A stretch of 63,901 nt of DNA, counting the filler, from Octopus bimaculoides (Eukaryota), in NCBI RefSeq assembly GCF_001194135.2. It is 7 parts of 7 records of this genome, joined end to end, with 100 filler letters (N's around TTAATTAATTAA, not from the genome) between each part and the next. Parts side by side here need not be neighbours in the genome. Positions count along the whole stretch, not along the records: positions 14,365 to 31,173 come from NC_069003.1; positions 31,274 to 35,706 come from NC_068991.1; positions 35,807 to 44,248 come from NC_068990.1; 4 more parts are not named here. One strand, 5' to 3'. Positions 25,426-39,154 of the stretch are shown piece after piece. The notes beneath the pieces were generated by a model that saw only the letters and a program-made list of their open reading frames with translations, was not told the origin of the DNA and did no database searches. Position 1 is the first letter of the stretch. Every line of letters starts with the position of its first letter. The translations under genes were made by a program, and so were the position numbers.

Positions 25426-25919
25426 CTATGGATCGCTCTCTCCCACACATCTCTGCACCCAAGCTTATTTAGTAACACCTCATAGTCTTTCCTTTCCTTA
25501 TTGTTAATAAAGTTGTCATGGAGCCTGTTGGCTCCTTTATATATTTTACTTTGGCCTACAATATGAAAAAGAGTCTTCTTTAGGAAGCAATTCCTTGTAT
25601 TCAGCTTATGAGACCTAGATTATACTTCAATGCAGCAATTATTATGATTATTATTATTATTACTACTTCTATTAAAAGTTGTGCCTTCAATGTTCAACTG
25701 TAATTCTATTATAAAATAGGTGAGATATTTTGATAAGGGTGGCGAGACACACACACACTGTTTCATTGAGAAGAGAGTGTGTCTGGACGTAAGACAGATT
25801 TCGTTACAATTGTATAGGTGAGACTTCATTAATTAGCTCTTAGAAAAAATACAAATGTGTGTATGTGTGTATTCTTTTACATTACAGTCATTTGACTGTG
25901 GCCATGCTGGAACACCGCC

Positions 25920-25951
<32 letters not shown>

Positions 25952-26298
25952 ATGTATACATATGTACATACATATATGTGTGTGTGTGTGTGTCAGTATA
26001 CATACATTCTTTTTCATTTCTATCCCTCTTTCTGTATCCTGTCTTTCTTTTTACCCTTTTTTCCCTCAACCCACCACACAGATTCTCTTCCCCATTCAAC
26101 TCCAGATTTTTTTCAACTAACTCATATATAAAAGGCATAAATTTTCTGTAAAAAAATTCATTCTTGATGATTCTCCAAAACAAGATGAAAGCACTAAATA
26201 ATTATCCAAAATTCTGACCACTGCCTTTTTCTTAATATACAGAATTTGTACACCACTTCAAACACTCTATACATACATGTATATACATATACTTCTGT

Positions 26299-26682
26299 GG
26301 AGGCATAATGGCCCAGTGGTTAGGGCAGCGGACTCGCGATCATAGGATCACGGTTTCGATTCTCAGACCAGGCGTTGTGAGTGTTTATTGAGCGAAAACA
26401 CCTAAAGCTCCACGAGGCTCCGGCAGGGGATGGTGGCGAACCCTGCTGTACTCTTTCACCACAACTTTCTCTCACTCTTACTTCCCCGTTTCTGTTGTGC
26501 CTGCAATTCAAAAGGTCAGCCTTGTCACAATTTGTGTCATGCTGAATATCCCCCGAGAACTACGTTAAGGGTACACGTGTCTGTGGAGTGCTCAGCCACT
26601 TACACGTTAATTTCACGAGCAGGCTGTTCCGTTAATCGGATCAACTGGAACCCTCGACATCGAAAGCGACGGAGTGCCAACA
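26299..26682 (+). mobile_element. Full-length tRNA-derived SINE family C
   Basis: A box tggcccagtgg (26309), B box ggtttcgattc, tail ...ggatcaactggaaccctcgacatcgaaagcgacggagtgccaaca. A related tail fragment lies at 46455-46580. Confidence 0.88.
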
Positions 26683-26799
26683 GGCATATACATACATGTC
26701 TTGCTGTGCTTGAAAAGACATATCAAGCTAAGTAAAAACATGGTTGCTCTTGCATATAGATCTGTCCCCTGCATCTCTCTCCTGCTGAGCATCCCTAAT

Positions 26800-27036
26800 C
26801 TTGCAAGTTCATGGGTGCTGGTGCCACATATAAAGCACCCATACCAGTACCACATAAATGTACCCGTACCAATGCTGTGTAACGGCACCCAGTACACTCT
26901 GTAAAGTAGTTGGTGTTAGGAAGGGCATCCAGTCATAGAAACCATGCCATAACAGACATAGAGCCAGGACAGCTCTTCAGCTGGCCAACTGCTGTCAAAT
27001 CATCCAACCCATACCAGCATGGCAAACGGATGTTAA
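26800..27036 (+). mobile_element. RTE-type LINE 3' UTR fragment
   Basis: aaagcaccc...gttaggaagggcatccagtcatagaaacc...ccaacccataccagcatggcaaacggatgttaaat. Confidence 0.7.
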
Positions 27037-27390
27037 ATATATACATACATACATACATACATACATACACATACATATATATATATGTATGTATGTATAT
27101 ACACGACAAACACACGCATATGTATATATTTTGCTTAGGCCTTGTGAGAAGAATAACCTGGTGTAGAACTCAATATACTTATGTTTCAGAACAAAGCATT
27201 AGATGAGGATGGAGCAGTAATAAAAAAAAAAGCAATAACAAGGAAAACAATGGTTATGTTGTGAACTTCATTAACTTACAATTGTTTCTGCTATGAGATT
27301 GAGTATCTGAATAACATCCATGAAGCTATGGGGTCTTATTCAGGCACTCAACTATAAGTCCACTGCATCCCATAGCAGAAACAGCTGTAA

Positions 27391-27621
27391 GGCGGTGAGC
27401 TGGCAGAAACGTTAGCATGCCAAGCAAAATGCTTAGTGGTGTTTCGTCTGCCGCTACATTCTGAGTTCAAATTCCGGTGAGGTTGACTTTGCCTTTCATC
27501 CTTTCGGGGTCAATTAAATAAGTACCAGTTACGCACTGGAGTTGATATCGACTTAATCCGTTTGTCTGTCCTTGTTTGTTCCCTCTGTGTGTAGCCCCCT
27601 GTGGGCAGTAAAGAAATAAGT
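27391..27621 (+). mobile_element. Full-length SINE family B
   Basis: Head ggcggtgagctggcagaaacgttagc...ctgagttcaaattcc (A/B-box-like); TSD-like flanks aacagctgtaag / aacaactataag. Confidence 0.85.
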
Positions 27622-27687
27622 AACAACTATAAGCTAATGGAGTTCATAACATAATCATTGTTCTTTCCTGTATCATCTCTTTTTCTT

Positions 27688-27723
<36 letters not shown>

Positions 27724-28098
27724 NNNNNNNNNNNNNNNNNNNNNNNNNNNNNNNNNNNNNNNNNNNNNNNNNNNNNNNNNNNNNNNNNNNNNNNNNNNNN
27801 NNNNNNNNNNNNNNNNNNNNNNNNNNNNNNNNNNNNNNNNNNNNNNNNNNNNNNNNNNNNNNNNNNNNNNNNNNNNNNNNNNNNNNNNNNNNNNNNNNNN
27901 NNNNNNNNNNNNNNNNNNNNNNNNNNNNNNNNNNNNNNNNNNNNNNNNNNNNNNNNNNNNNNNNNNNNNNNNNNNNNNNNNNNNNNNNNNNNNNNNNNNN
28001 NNNNNNNNNNNNNNNNNNNNNNNNNNNNNNNNNNNNNNNNNNNNNNNNNNNNNNNNNNNNNNNNNNNNNNNNNNNNNNNNNNNNNNNNNNNNNNNNNN

Positions 28099-28134
<36 letters not shown>

Positions 28135-28552
28135 TAGGTATGTATATATGCATATATGTATATGTGCATGTGTGTGTGTGTGTGCCCCACACCACCGCAT
28201 GTCAACTGGTGTTGGTGTGTTTACATCCCCATAACTTACTGGTTCAGCAAAAGAAACCGATAGAATGAGAACCTGGTTCAGAAGGAAAAATAAGTCCTGG
28301 GTTCAATTTGTTCAGCTGAAAACCTTCAACCACTGCATCAACTAGACTATCAGATGTTGTTATACACCACTGGTCACAATGTGCCTCATCGTGTTGTAAC
28401 CTTCGAATAGAATGCCAGTCCATTGCAGGGTTACTCATTTTACAGCTGTGAAATGAAGTGTCTTGCTCAAGAACACAATACACCACCCTGTCTGGAAATC
28501 AAAGCCATGATTTTGCAATCATGAGTGCCTTCACACACACACACACACAGCA

Positions 28553-28857
28553 TTATCATCATCGTTTAACGTCCATCTTCCATGCATGCATGGGTTGGAT
28601 GGTTGACAGGAGCCATCCATGTAGAAGACTACCCCCAGCTACTGTCTGTTTTGGTAGGGTTTTTATGGCTGGATGCCCTTCCTAACACCAACCACTTTGC
28701 AGAGTAGACTGAGTGCTTTTTACATGGCACTAGCACAGGCAAGGTTAGTTTTGACATGGATTTTACAGCTAGATGCCCTTCCAAATGCCAACCACTTTAC
28801 AGTGTGGACAGGATGCTTTTAATGTGGCACCTGCACTAGCACGGTCACCAAGTAACT
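28553..28857 (-). mobile_element. RTE-type LINE 3' UTR fragments
   Basis: catcgtttaacgtccatcttccatgcatgcatgggttgg and ggctggatgcccttcctaac are reverse complements of the shared tail. Confidence 0.7.
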
Positions 28858-30010
28858 CACAAGTACTCCTTTAACTTGAAATTCTTGTCCGAATCCATTG
28901 CATCCACTAGGTGTTGGAGAGAGTTCCAAGTGTAAAGTGCCTTGAAGGCACGGATCACACCTTGATCCATAGGCTGGATGTGGGAGGTGGTGTTGGCAGG
29001 GAGGAACCCGACTTGAACTCCCTCGTGATTGAAATCCAAAGAGTGGCCACCAACATTATCCACAACAAGCAACACCTTGAATTCCATTCAAACATTTTGG
29101 AGGTATTCCTTGATTTAAGGGATGCAACACTGTTGAAACCAATTCAAAGTTAGACTTGGTATTTCAGGCCTTGGGGTTGTGCATCCAGTGGACAGGCAGC
29201 ATGTTTTTATCCTTATTTTTGAAGGCCCTCGGGTTTGCGTACTTACAGGTAAGTCCTGGTTTTGTCATGAAGCCAAAATCATTGACGCACGTAATTAGTT
29301 CCATCCTTCTGTACCTTAAATGCTAGGGCTCTGGCTTTGTTCTTCATGATGTACATTCTGGAAGGCATCTTCTTCCAGAACAAGCCAGTCTCGTTCATAC
29401 CAAAAACCTGTTCTGGCTTGTATCCCTTGTCCCTGATGATCTGCCTGAAGGTCTCAAGGTACTTCTTGGCGACTTTTTGTCAGCTGATTCTGTCTCTCCA
29501 TGCAGGGAAACACACTTTATTGTAAACCATTTCTGGAAACAGACTCCGGTGCTGTCAATGGTCTTGGTTGCGGTTCTTCATTGCCTTCTGCTCTGTCTCT
29601 CCTGTTGAACTGCTGGTATAATTTCTGTGCTTTCTCGCGGATGATGTTACCATTCAAAGGGATGGTTTTCTTCTTGCAGTCACTGATTGACAATGCCAAG
29701 GCAGGTTCCATCCTGACAAAATGCTTATTTCTCACTATTGTTATTTTTTGGGGCACTTTCACAGAAACTTACTGCTACGGTAGTCCTGATCACCATCTCA
29801 TTCTTCTTTATGTAGCGTATGGTGCTTTCGTTGACAACATAATAGCGACCTACTGCAGCATAACTTTTACTTTCCCAGAACATATCCAGCAGTTGTGCCT
29901 CCTCATGGAGGATCATAACCTTTTTCTGGCACTTAGGTTCACTGCCAAAAGCCTTAGAAGGTGTAGAGCATTTGGGCGGCATCTTAGAGCTTTAACAACA
30001 CAGCACTCAA
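28857..30010 (-). mobile_element. Decayed pogo/Tigger transposase
   Basis: Frameshifted pieces: MPPKCSTPSKAFGSEPKCQKK...YAAVGRYYVVNESTIRYIKK (HTH-psq-like), IPLNGNIIREKAQKLY (CENP-B-type HTH), and KVLLVVDNVGGH...FLPANTTSHIQPMDQGVIRAFKALY (DDE_1). Confidence 0.92.
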
Positions 30011-30180
30011 CAAAATACTAGAGATAGCTACTGAACATAGTTTTTCCAAAAAAAAAATTGTACAAAACTAAATCTTCATGCGAATACCACCAATGGGAGA
30101 TTGAGCAGAGATTAAAAATAATCATGGTTTTGAAAAATTTAGTTTGTATTATCATTAGATACAGTAATCTATACTATAAT

Positions 30181-30218
<38 letters not shown>

Positions 30219-30549
30219 GGACCAGTAAGTAACCTAATTTGAATGCGGCTATATTGGCTCACAACCTTAAAAATTATCCTGTTGAAATAAACATTGTGTA
30301 TGATCAAATGTAGCAATGATTTTAAAAAGAGTGGTAGTCGCTATATTAATTAGCAAGCTTTGATTGAAAGCAAGAATAATAGATACAAGATACAGTATAC
30401 TTGTATCTAAAAAAAATCAAACAACGTGATGCATGGCTATTCTAATCAGAGGGAACTTCACCTGCAAAGGGAGTCCAGTAAACCAGAAAATACAGTATAT
30501 TATTATTAATAGTTTAGCCTCAAAAAGTGTGAAAAAGTATATATTGCCA

Positions 30550-30960
30550 CTCTCTGAGTGGTTGGCATTAGGAAGGGCATCCAGCTGTAGAAACTCTGCC
30601 AAATCAGACTGGAGCCTGGTGTTGCCATCCGGTTTCACCAGTCCTCAGTCAAATCGTCCAACCCATGCTAGCATGGAAAGCGGACGTTAAACGATGATGA
30701 TGATGATGATGAAAATGCCATAAAAAATCACGGACGATATTTACAATTCTGTGAATATGCGGTGGTTTCAACGAAAAACCTGGACCGCAAATAAGCAGAG
30801 GTACACTGTGTATATGTACATGTATGTACCTATATACACCATCATCATTTAACATCCGATTTCCATACTGGCAAAAGTTGGTCAGGTTGACAGGAGCTGA
30901 CCAGCTAAAGAGCTGTCTAGGCTCCATGTCTGTTTTGGCATGGTTTCTATGGTTGGAAAT
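30550..30960. mobile_element. Two RTE-type 3' tails, plus strand 30550-30710 and minus strand 30840-30960
   Basis: gagtggttggcattaggaagggcatccagctgtag...ggacgttaaacgatgatg, and the reverse-complement tail tttaacatccgatttccatactggc. Confidence 0.7.
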
Positions 30961-31139
30961 ATACACACACACACACACACACACACATATATTTATATAT
31001 ATGGCAAATGAAAGACAGAAGATGGAATATAGGAGAATTTATTAATCACGACAAAACAATTCTTCTTAGTTTTATTTATATTTATATATATATATATAGA
31101 CACACACAAACATATATACAAAAATACATAGACACACCA

Positions 31140-31173
<34 letters not shown>

Positions 31174-32309
31174 NNNNNNNNNNNNNNNNNNNNNNNNNNN
31201 NNNNNNNNNNNNNNNNNTTAATTAATTAANNNNNNNNNNNNNNNNNNNNNNNNNNNNNNNNNNNNNNNNNNNNTATATGCATATCATATATATATATGTA
31301 TATATTCTTATATCTTGAATTCAATAGAAAATGTTTTTATATAAATTTGTATCTTATTCAGGCGATTACTTTAGATGTTTCAATCTGCTTCTACGTGAAT
31401 TTACATTCACGTGGAGAAGGCATTCATTCTATCCCTTTGCTTTACTCTATTCACTTCATGTTGGCCTATGGTGATCTGTGGATCAGTGCGTGCGTGCGTG
31501 TGCGTGCGTGTGTGTGTGTGTATTGCAGTAAAATTTCCTCTTATTTTGATCCGGATAATGGGGTATACCCCAAAGTACTGACCTATAAGATTATGCTCCT
31601 GACGAAGATACCATACATGTTCATGATTAAGGTACTATATATGCAAATCTGCAGTGTATGGATGTGTTTTTAGATGTCTTTATTTTATTCTATACTCCTC
31701 AAGAGACATTGTTTTCATAACTCTAATTGATTTTTAATTATTTATTGATCAATGACACTGGAAAAATATCACGTTTTTTAGATGAGTTGGCATGTATTAC
31801 TGTGAAGCACATGTGTATCTATTATCTATGTAATTGCATATATATATGCGTTGAGAGAGAGACAGAGGGGGAGGAAGAGAAAGAGAGAGAGGAGAGAGAG
31901 ATTGCTTTCTTCATTCATTATATCCTTCTCTCTGGATTTTTCTGACAGAGGTAAAACTTGTGTAAAAATGTTTGTTATTGAAGTAGTCTATGTTTAAAGC
32001 GCTATGTTTTCCTACCAAAGCAAAAGGCGACTCTTGTTCTGATGGTTTTACGTTTATGAATACAAACTGCTAAGTGTCCGCCGTAGGACCACCCGCATTA
32101 TATTTATATTTCTACTTCGCTACCCTGATCTTTTAATTTTGCTACCACCACCCAGTCATTTCTCATATCTGACTGCATCTTGTTCTCACTCCACCACACC
32201 CATTTCCTTTCCTTTCTCCTCCTCTGACTCTCGCTCTCTTCCTATTTCTCTTTTATCTTTTTCTCTCCCCTATTTTTATCATTATTTTTCATTTCTTATA
32301 CAGACATAC

Positions 32310-32394
<85 letters not shown>

Positions 32395-34612
32395 TGCATG
32401 TGTGTGTGTGTTTTATGTGTATACATACATATACCTATGCATGTGCTCATATGTATACATACACACACACACAAACATACATATACACACACATCATACA
32501 TCATGACTATCTGCGCATAGTTTATTAAATATATTAATCAGCAAAAAGCGCAGGCCCTCCATGTACTGCGTCATGTTTTCCCGAGTTCTCTTGAGAATCT
32601 CAAAATAAAGTGCGTGTGTATGTATGCTCCCATACGCCTACGCCCCCCCCCCCCNNNNNNNNNNNGCCTACGCCCCCCCCCCACACACACACACATCATG
32701 TGAGACCGAATTGTTCTTCATTTGTTTTTATCAGTTAACAGAATTGTAATGTTCATCAACGTCTGTTATACTTCTTTAAGCATGCCTAATAATTGTAAAG
32801 AGAAAAATACCTTGATATCATTTGTAGAATAATTGCTTTTAAAATTATTAAATTGACAATACCTTTTCTTTGTGTAAGATAACAGAATATTAAAATGTAT
32901 GAGTTTGTGTGTGTGTGTAAGTGTGTGTGCGTGTGCGTGCGTATGACTAAGTACGTATGTCTGCTGAAAGTTTCAGCTTCAAATGAATGAATATTTGTAT
33001 GTCTATCGCATTCACGGCAGTTCTTTACCTCAGTTTCAGAAGCGTCAAGCGGAGCAAAGATGAATGCACAGCTTTGGATTGCGACATTCTCTCTTGTGTA
33101 TATTTCGCTAACAGATAGGTGAATTGTGGGTACAGAATTAAGTGTCTTATTTCCACACCTCCGTATGATATAAGCTAATGATTCACCATGTGATAGTCTG
33201 ATGTATTATCCACTCTGCACTTTGAATGTTATAGTCATACAAACAAAAACAAAATACATACTAAATAGCCGTGTGAATCACAGTGACACATGCGCACATA
33301 CACATCACACACACACACAGACACACACACACACTAAATATGAAAAGGCGTGTTCATTTTGTAGGAACTCTACTGAGAATGTAAATAGTAAATATTTTGA
33401 GTTGTTTGTCTGCCTTTAGAAAAGAATGTTTCTCAATTCCCAAGAGGGAACCATAATTGGTCATTAATTTTTACGATGAGATAAATGGTTGAAGAAGAAA
33501 GGAATCGCAGTGAATTATCTATTCTCCTGCTGAATATATCCAGTGTGTATACAGTATGTTATGTTTGGTTGAATTGGTTTCAATAAATGAAGTCTATACA
33601 CTTACACAACTGAATATACATAGTATCTCGTGAGAAATAAACCATTAAACAATATGGTCGCCTGTGTAAAACGAAACTTTTACTTCTTGTTATTGTTGCC
33701 GTTTAACACCAAATCGGCATTGACTGAACTGACTTGTGATCAAAACATATTCACCCGTAGCCATCACGTCAGTTTTTCTCTAGGGTGTGACTTAGCTGTT
33801 ATTTCTGGCAAGTCTAAATAAATCCCTTCTTTTGTCACGGGAAACACCTCGTATTACTTCTATTGAATAATTCAATGAGATGCATGGCTGCTGAGTGCTT
33901 TGGCTGTTCGAGTCACGATCATCAGATTGTAGGTTTGATTTCTCGACTAGGTATCTGTCTTTTGAGCAATGTATTTCAGTCCACGTGGCTCCAATCTACT
34001 CAGCTGAAAAGAAGTTACATCTGCTGCTGTGCAACATCTCATAGAATTTTGACCCTTCTCGCCAAGTTTGTTCAAATATAGCAGGTTAATGGTTACAGTA
34101 CTGTGGAAGATTATTTCAATACGAAATTAATATGATTAAGGATTCTTTGAGAGACATTTCGTTTACTTATTTTATTTAACTTTATTATTTTTTGCATTTA
34201 ACTTTTTGGTCTTAATCTTCTTGTTCCTTCGAAAGTACTTCGTGATATTGTCAGCTCTTTGAAACAACAAAAGGATGCTTTTACATGGTTACTCCACCTG
34301 TTAGAAATTACAGCCAAATCTCTTTCAAATTACACTGCCAATTTAATAAGAGCAAAGGGAGAAGGGACTTCTTAAATAAATAAGTTCCGGTAAAGCCCAG
34401 AACGGACGGAATAGTCAGTTCGGAAGATCTTTTACTCCAAATTTGTTTGATATGGCTAACATGTGTGTAATAACAACAACAATCAAAGTGTTTGATTAAA
34501 ATAACTACGAATATCTTTACACAGATGTTCATCTCGATAAATTGATACTTCTATATTGTTAAAACATCAATTGACAGGGTAGTGAATCAGTGTTTTAAAC
34601 TATTTAAAGGGA

Positions 34613-34615
<3 letters not shown>

Positions 34616-34683
<68 letters not shown>

Positions 34684-34684
34684 C

Positions 34685-34734
<50 letters not shown>

Positions 34735-34743
34735 TAATAATAA
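34616..34743. repeat. (AAT)n microsatellite
   Basis: Direct reading. Confidence 0.95.
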
Positions 34744-37639
34744 NNNNNNNNNNGGGTGGGCGGGAGTCATACTGAAAGGTCCTTGTTAAAGTCTATGCAA
34801 CATTGGAAAAATTAATGTCCCCATATAATACGGCTTCCTCATTCACACCCAAGTTCTACCTCATGATGTTCAGAAGCATGATTAAGCTATAACAATCATT
34901 AAAACTTGAAGACAGACAGGTAGATAGCTCACATATATATATTAACAGCATAGACAGACACTCACACAACCAAACACACATACACACACACTCACTCACA
35001 CAAACACACACACAAACGCACACACACACACACACACACTCACACAAACACACATACACACACAAACACACACAAACACACAAACACACACAAACACACA
35101 AGCACACACATATTCATGGGGACATACATAAGCTCTGAACACAGACAGTCACACGCGTACATATGCACATGCACACATACACAATATGCACACAAACATA
35201 CTGACAAATACATACAGATATAAAGATATATATATAAACACAAGCGAATAGACATCCACACACACACATTCTCTCTCTCTCTCTCTCTCATACATACATA
35301 TATCCACACAGTTACAAAATAACTGTACTTTTATGGTTCAACAAAAGTCGTTAAAACGTAGTCAGCAAAAATATGGCGGCAGAGACAAGGAGACAGGTTG
35401 CGATGAGTTATCGATCCTGATAAGAAGAAATTTGGATTAAATGACGTAGGTTAAATATTTTAACTTAAAACAATTATCGCATTACATAGAATAGCATTTA
35501 CAAATGATTATCGACGTCGGTAAATCGTTTTACTGGGGGATTTGATCACGCCCAGTGATTTGATCACGCCCATATTGAAATTCCAACGTTTAAGACTTTT
35601 TTCCCAGTACTTGCTTCCGTTTCTCTCTTATCTTATCGATCTTTGTTGCAGAATTACTAAATTAAGTTATCCGTGGATGTGTGTGTGTGTGTGTGTGTGT
35701 GTGTGTNNNNNNNNNNNNNNNNNNNNNNNNNNNNNNNNNNNNNNNNNNNNTTAATTAATTAANNNNNNNNNNNNNNNNNNNNNNNNNNNNNNNNNNNNNN
35801 NNNNNNATATATATGTATATATATATTTTTTTTAGATAGATAGATAGATAGATACATACATACATACATAAAACATAGTCAAATGTGTGTATCTGTTTCT
35901 GTGTTTGTGCAGGCGCGCGTGCACATGACACAGCGTCTGTACGGCCATGTCTATATGCATGTGCATTTGTAATCATCTTCTATCTTCTATTAGGCAACCA
36001 TCTTGATGCTTCCTGTACACGTTTCCTTTATTTCCGGTTAATTTATTTCTACCATCCATTTACAGTTAATTCATCTTACAATAAAACAAGATCTCTGAAA
36101 TATTACTATTTTTTTTAAAGTATTTTTCACACTGATCACTCTGCTGTCATTCTTCTTCTTCTTCTTCTTCTTCTTCTTCTTCTTCTTCTTCTTCTTCTTC
36201 TTCTTCTTCTTCTTCTTCTTCTTCTNNNNNNNNNNNNNNNNNNNNNNNNNNNNNNNNNNNNNNNNNNNNNNNNNNNNNNNNNNNNNNNNNNNNNNNNNNN
36301 NNNNNNNNNNNNNNNNNNNNNNNNNNNNNNNNNNNNNNNNNNNNNNNNNNNNNNNNNNNNNNNNNNNNNNNNNNNNNNNNNNNNNNNNNNNNNNNNNNNN
36401 NNNNNNNNNNNNNNNNNNNNNNNNNNNNNNNNNNNNNNNNNNNNNNNNNNNNNNNNNNNNNNNNNNNNNNNNNNNNNNNNNNNNNNNNNNNNNNNNNNNN
36501 NNNNNNNNNNNNNNNNNNNNNNNNNNNNNNNNNNNNNNNNNNNNNNNNNNNNNNNNNNNNNNNNNNNNNNNNNNNNNNNNNNNNNNNNNNNNNNNNNNNN
36601 NNNNNNNNNNNNNNNNNNNNNNNNNNNNNNNNNNNNNNNNNNNNNNNNNNNNNNNNNNNNNNNNNNNNNNNNNNNNNNNNNNNNNNNNNNNNNNNNNNNN
36701 NNNNNNNNNNNNNNNNNNNNNNNNNNNNNNNNNNNNNNNNNNNNNNNNNNNNNNNNNNNNNNNNNNNNNNNNNNNNNNNNNNNNNNNNNNNNNNNNNNNN
36801 NNNNNNNNNNNNNNNNNNNNNNNNNNNNNNNNNNNNNNNNNNNNNNNNNNNNNNNNNNNNNNNNNNNNNNNNNNNNNNNNNNNNNNNNNNNNNNNNNNNN
36901 NNNNNNNNNNNNNNNNNNNNNNNNNNNNNNNNNNNNNNNNNNNNNNNNNNNNNNNNNNNNNNNNNNNNNNNNNNNNNNNNNNNNNNNNNNNNNNNNNNNN
37001 NNNNNNNNNNNNNNNNNNNNNNNNNNNNNNNNNNNNNNNNNNNNNNNNNNNNNNNNNNNNNNNNNNNNNNNNNNNNNNNNNNNNNNNNNNNNNNNNNNNN
37101 NNNNNNNNNNNNNNNNNNNNNNNNNNNNNNNNNNNNNNNNNATTTTGTGCTACGTTGCACTTTAAGTCTCTCATATACCTTTATTATTATCATATAATAA
37201 ACCCGCATACACACATAATATTCATATATGCATGTGCATATATGCACAAACACACATATCTACATATTCATATGTGTGTCTATGTACGTGTGAACGTCTA
37301 TATTGAAGAGTGTGTGAGTGGTTAAGAACTTTGTTTCCCAACCGCATTATTGTAGGTTCAGTTTCATTGCGTGGTACCTCATGTCATAATTGTTTCAAGA
37401 CTGACCTGCGGCTGAACTGCTGTCTTCGTTACAGCGATATATCAATAACAATTATAACGTAATTGAAATTCCTTAGGAAGTGTAATTAGTGAAATTGATA
37501 ATCAATAATTTAACGAACAAAACCGTTAATACCAAATGGCTTGATGCTCTTCCGCGTTTGTACCATTAGCGCTCCATTCAGGTAAATTTCAAAATATGGG
37601 AAAGGGTTTGTGCAGCTCATATTTGCCAAGATGTGTCAA

Positions 37640-38000
37640 ATATAATTTTGGTTTCGAAGGATGGCCAAGGCCAGGAATATCGTGGAGAGAAGTAAGTCGA
37701 TTACATCGACCCCAGACTTCAACTGGTACGTTTTTATCCACCTGGAAGGATGAAAAACAAATGCGACCTCTGCGGCATTTGAACTCAGAATGTAAACTCG
37801 GAAAAAATGCCATTAAGCATTTTGTCCAGCACCGTAACGATTGTGCCAGCTTTCTACTTTCGACTCTAATATATTATTTTCTTATTTTGGCGGAAGGTTT
37901 GCAATTGTGAGGGTTGTAGATATCGATTTCATTGACCCCAGTGTTTAAATGGTATTCATTTTATACGACTTCGAAAAGGGGAAAGACAAGGCTAACCACG
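37640..38000 (-). mobile_element. Two tandem SINE family B copies
   Basis: gacctctgcggcatttgaactcagaatgtaa...acgattgtgccagct, followed by a second partial copy. Confidence 0.65.
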
Positions 38001-38639
38001 GCAGTATCCCCCACCTCTTTAAAGCGTTGGGCAGAGCCCCGTTCACTACAGTATAATGTTACGTGCGACCTCTCTTCGTATTCAAAGCACTCCGATTTTA
38101 CACTCTCAGTCTTCTGGTAACGATAAATGAAGAACCAATTGAAATATTTATTAAGCCCTAAATTCATTAAGGGTCATCTCACGCTGACGGACAGATTGAT
38201 CTCATACCAAAACTTTAAGTGAGTATATAGATACTTAAATAGTAATAATTATTTTTCATTTAGGCACGAGTTCAATATTTTTAGGAGAGGATATTTGTCA
38301 ATGCCATTGATTCCAATACTAGACTTGCACTCTGTTCTTTCGACTCTGGAGGTAGGGAAGTCAAATTTTACCTCGGAGTGATTTGAGCTCAAGACATAGT
38401 GAGCTGGAAGATATAACGCAAGATATCCTTTTCGTTTTGATACTCTACTGATTCTGACAGTGCCTTGTCTTAAATAAACAGTAATAATTACGACACTCTT
38501 TTGAATCGACACATCAATACAATATTTTTGTAAACGTAACAATGTGTAGAAAATAAGGTTACAAGTAGAAATGCCTGTTACAGCAATACTACATGAAATA
38601 TTTTATATCAGGTATTCATTAAAATCTTGCTTGAGGGCT

Positions 38640-39154
38640 CAAATGCTCATCCATCACAGCTTTTTGGATCCAGGCGAAACCATTACGACGGAGAAGTACT
38701 GTCAGCAAATGGACGAAATGCATAAGAAACTCCGACAACAGCCAACATTGGTCAATAGAAAAGGACCAATTCTTCTCCACGACAACGCTCGGCCGCACGT
38801 CACACAACTGACCCTGCAGAAGTTGAACGAATTGGGCTGCGAAACTCTGCTTCATCCGCCATACTCACGAGACCTCTCGTCTACTGACTACCACTTTTTC
38901 AAGCATCTCGACAACTTCTTGCGTGAGAAATGCTTCAAAACCCAAGACGATGCCAAACAAGCCTTCAACGATTTCATCACCACTAGAACGCAGAATTTTT
39001 AGGTTACTGGAATAAATAAACTTGTTTTGCGCTAGCAAAAAGTGTGTTGATTCTGATGGTGTTTATTTCGATTAATAAAGTTTTATTTGAGCCGAGATAT
39101 GTGCATCTGAATTTAAAGGTTAAAAACCGTAATAACTTTCTTGACAACCTAATA
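38640..39154 (+). mobile_element. 5'-truncated mariner (Hsmar1/cecropia-like) transposon
   Basis: ORF segment GPILLHDNARPH...HPPYSRDLSSTDYHFFKHLDNFL; right TIR aaaaaccgtaataactttcttgacaacctaa followed by TA. Confidence 0.92.

Noticed and set aside
26299-26375. Possible tRNA genes at SINE heads (also 22379, 24987, 56650-56712)
   Set aside because: A/B boxes are present, but no full cloverleaf was found and most continue into SINE bodies.
38249-38542. 97-aa ORF with apparent splice sites
   Set aside because: It overlaps a degraded family B SINE (ttacctcggagtgatttgagctcaag) and has no recognisable domain.
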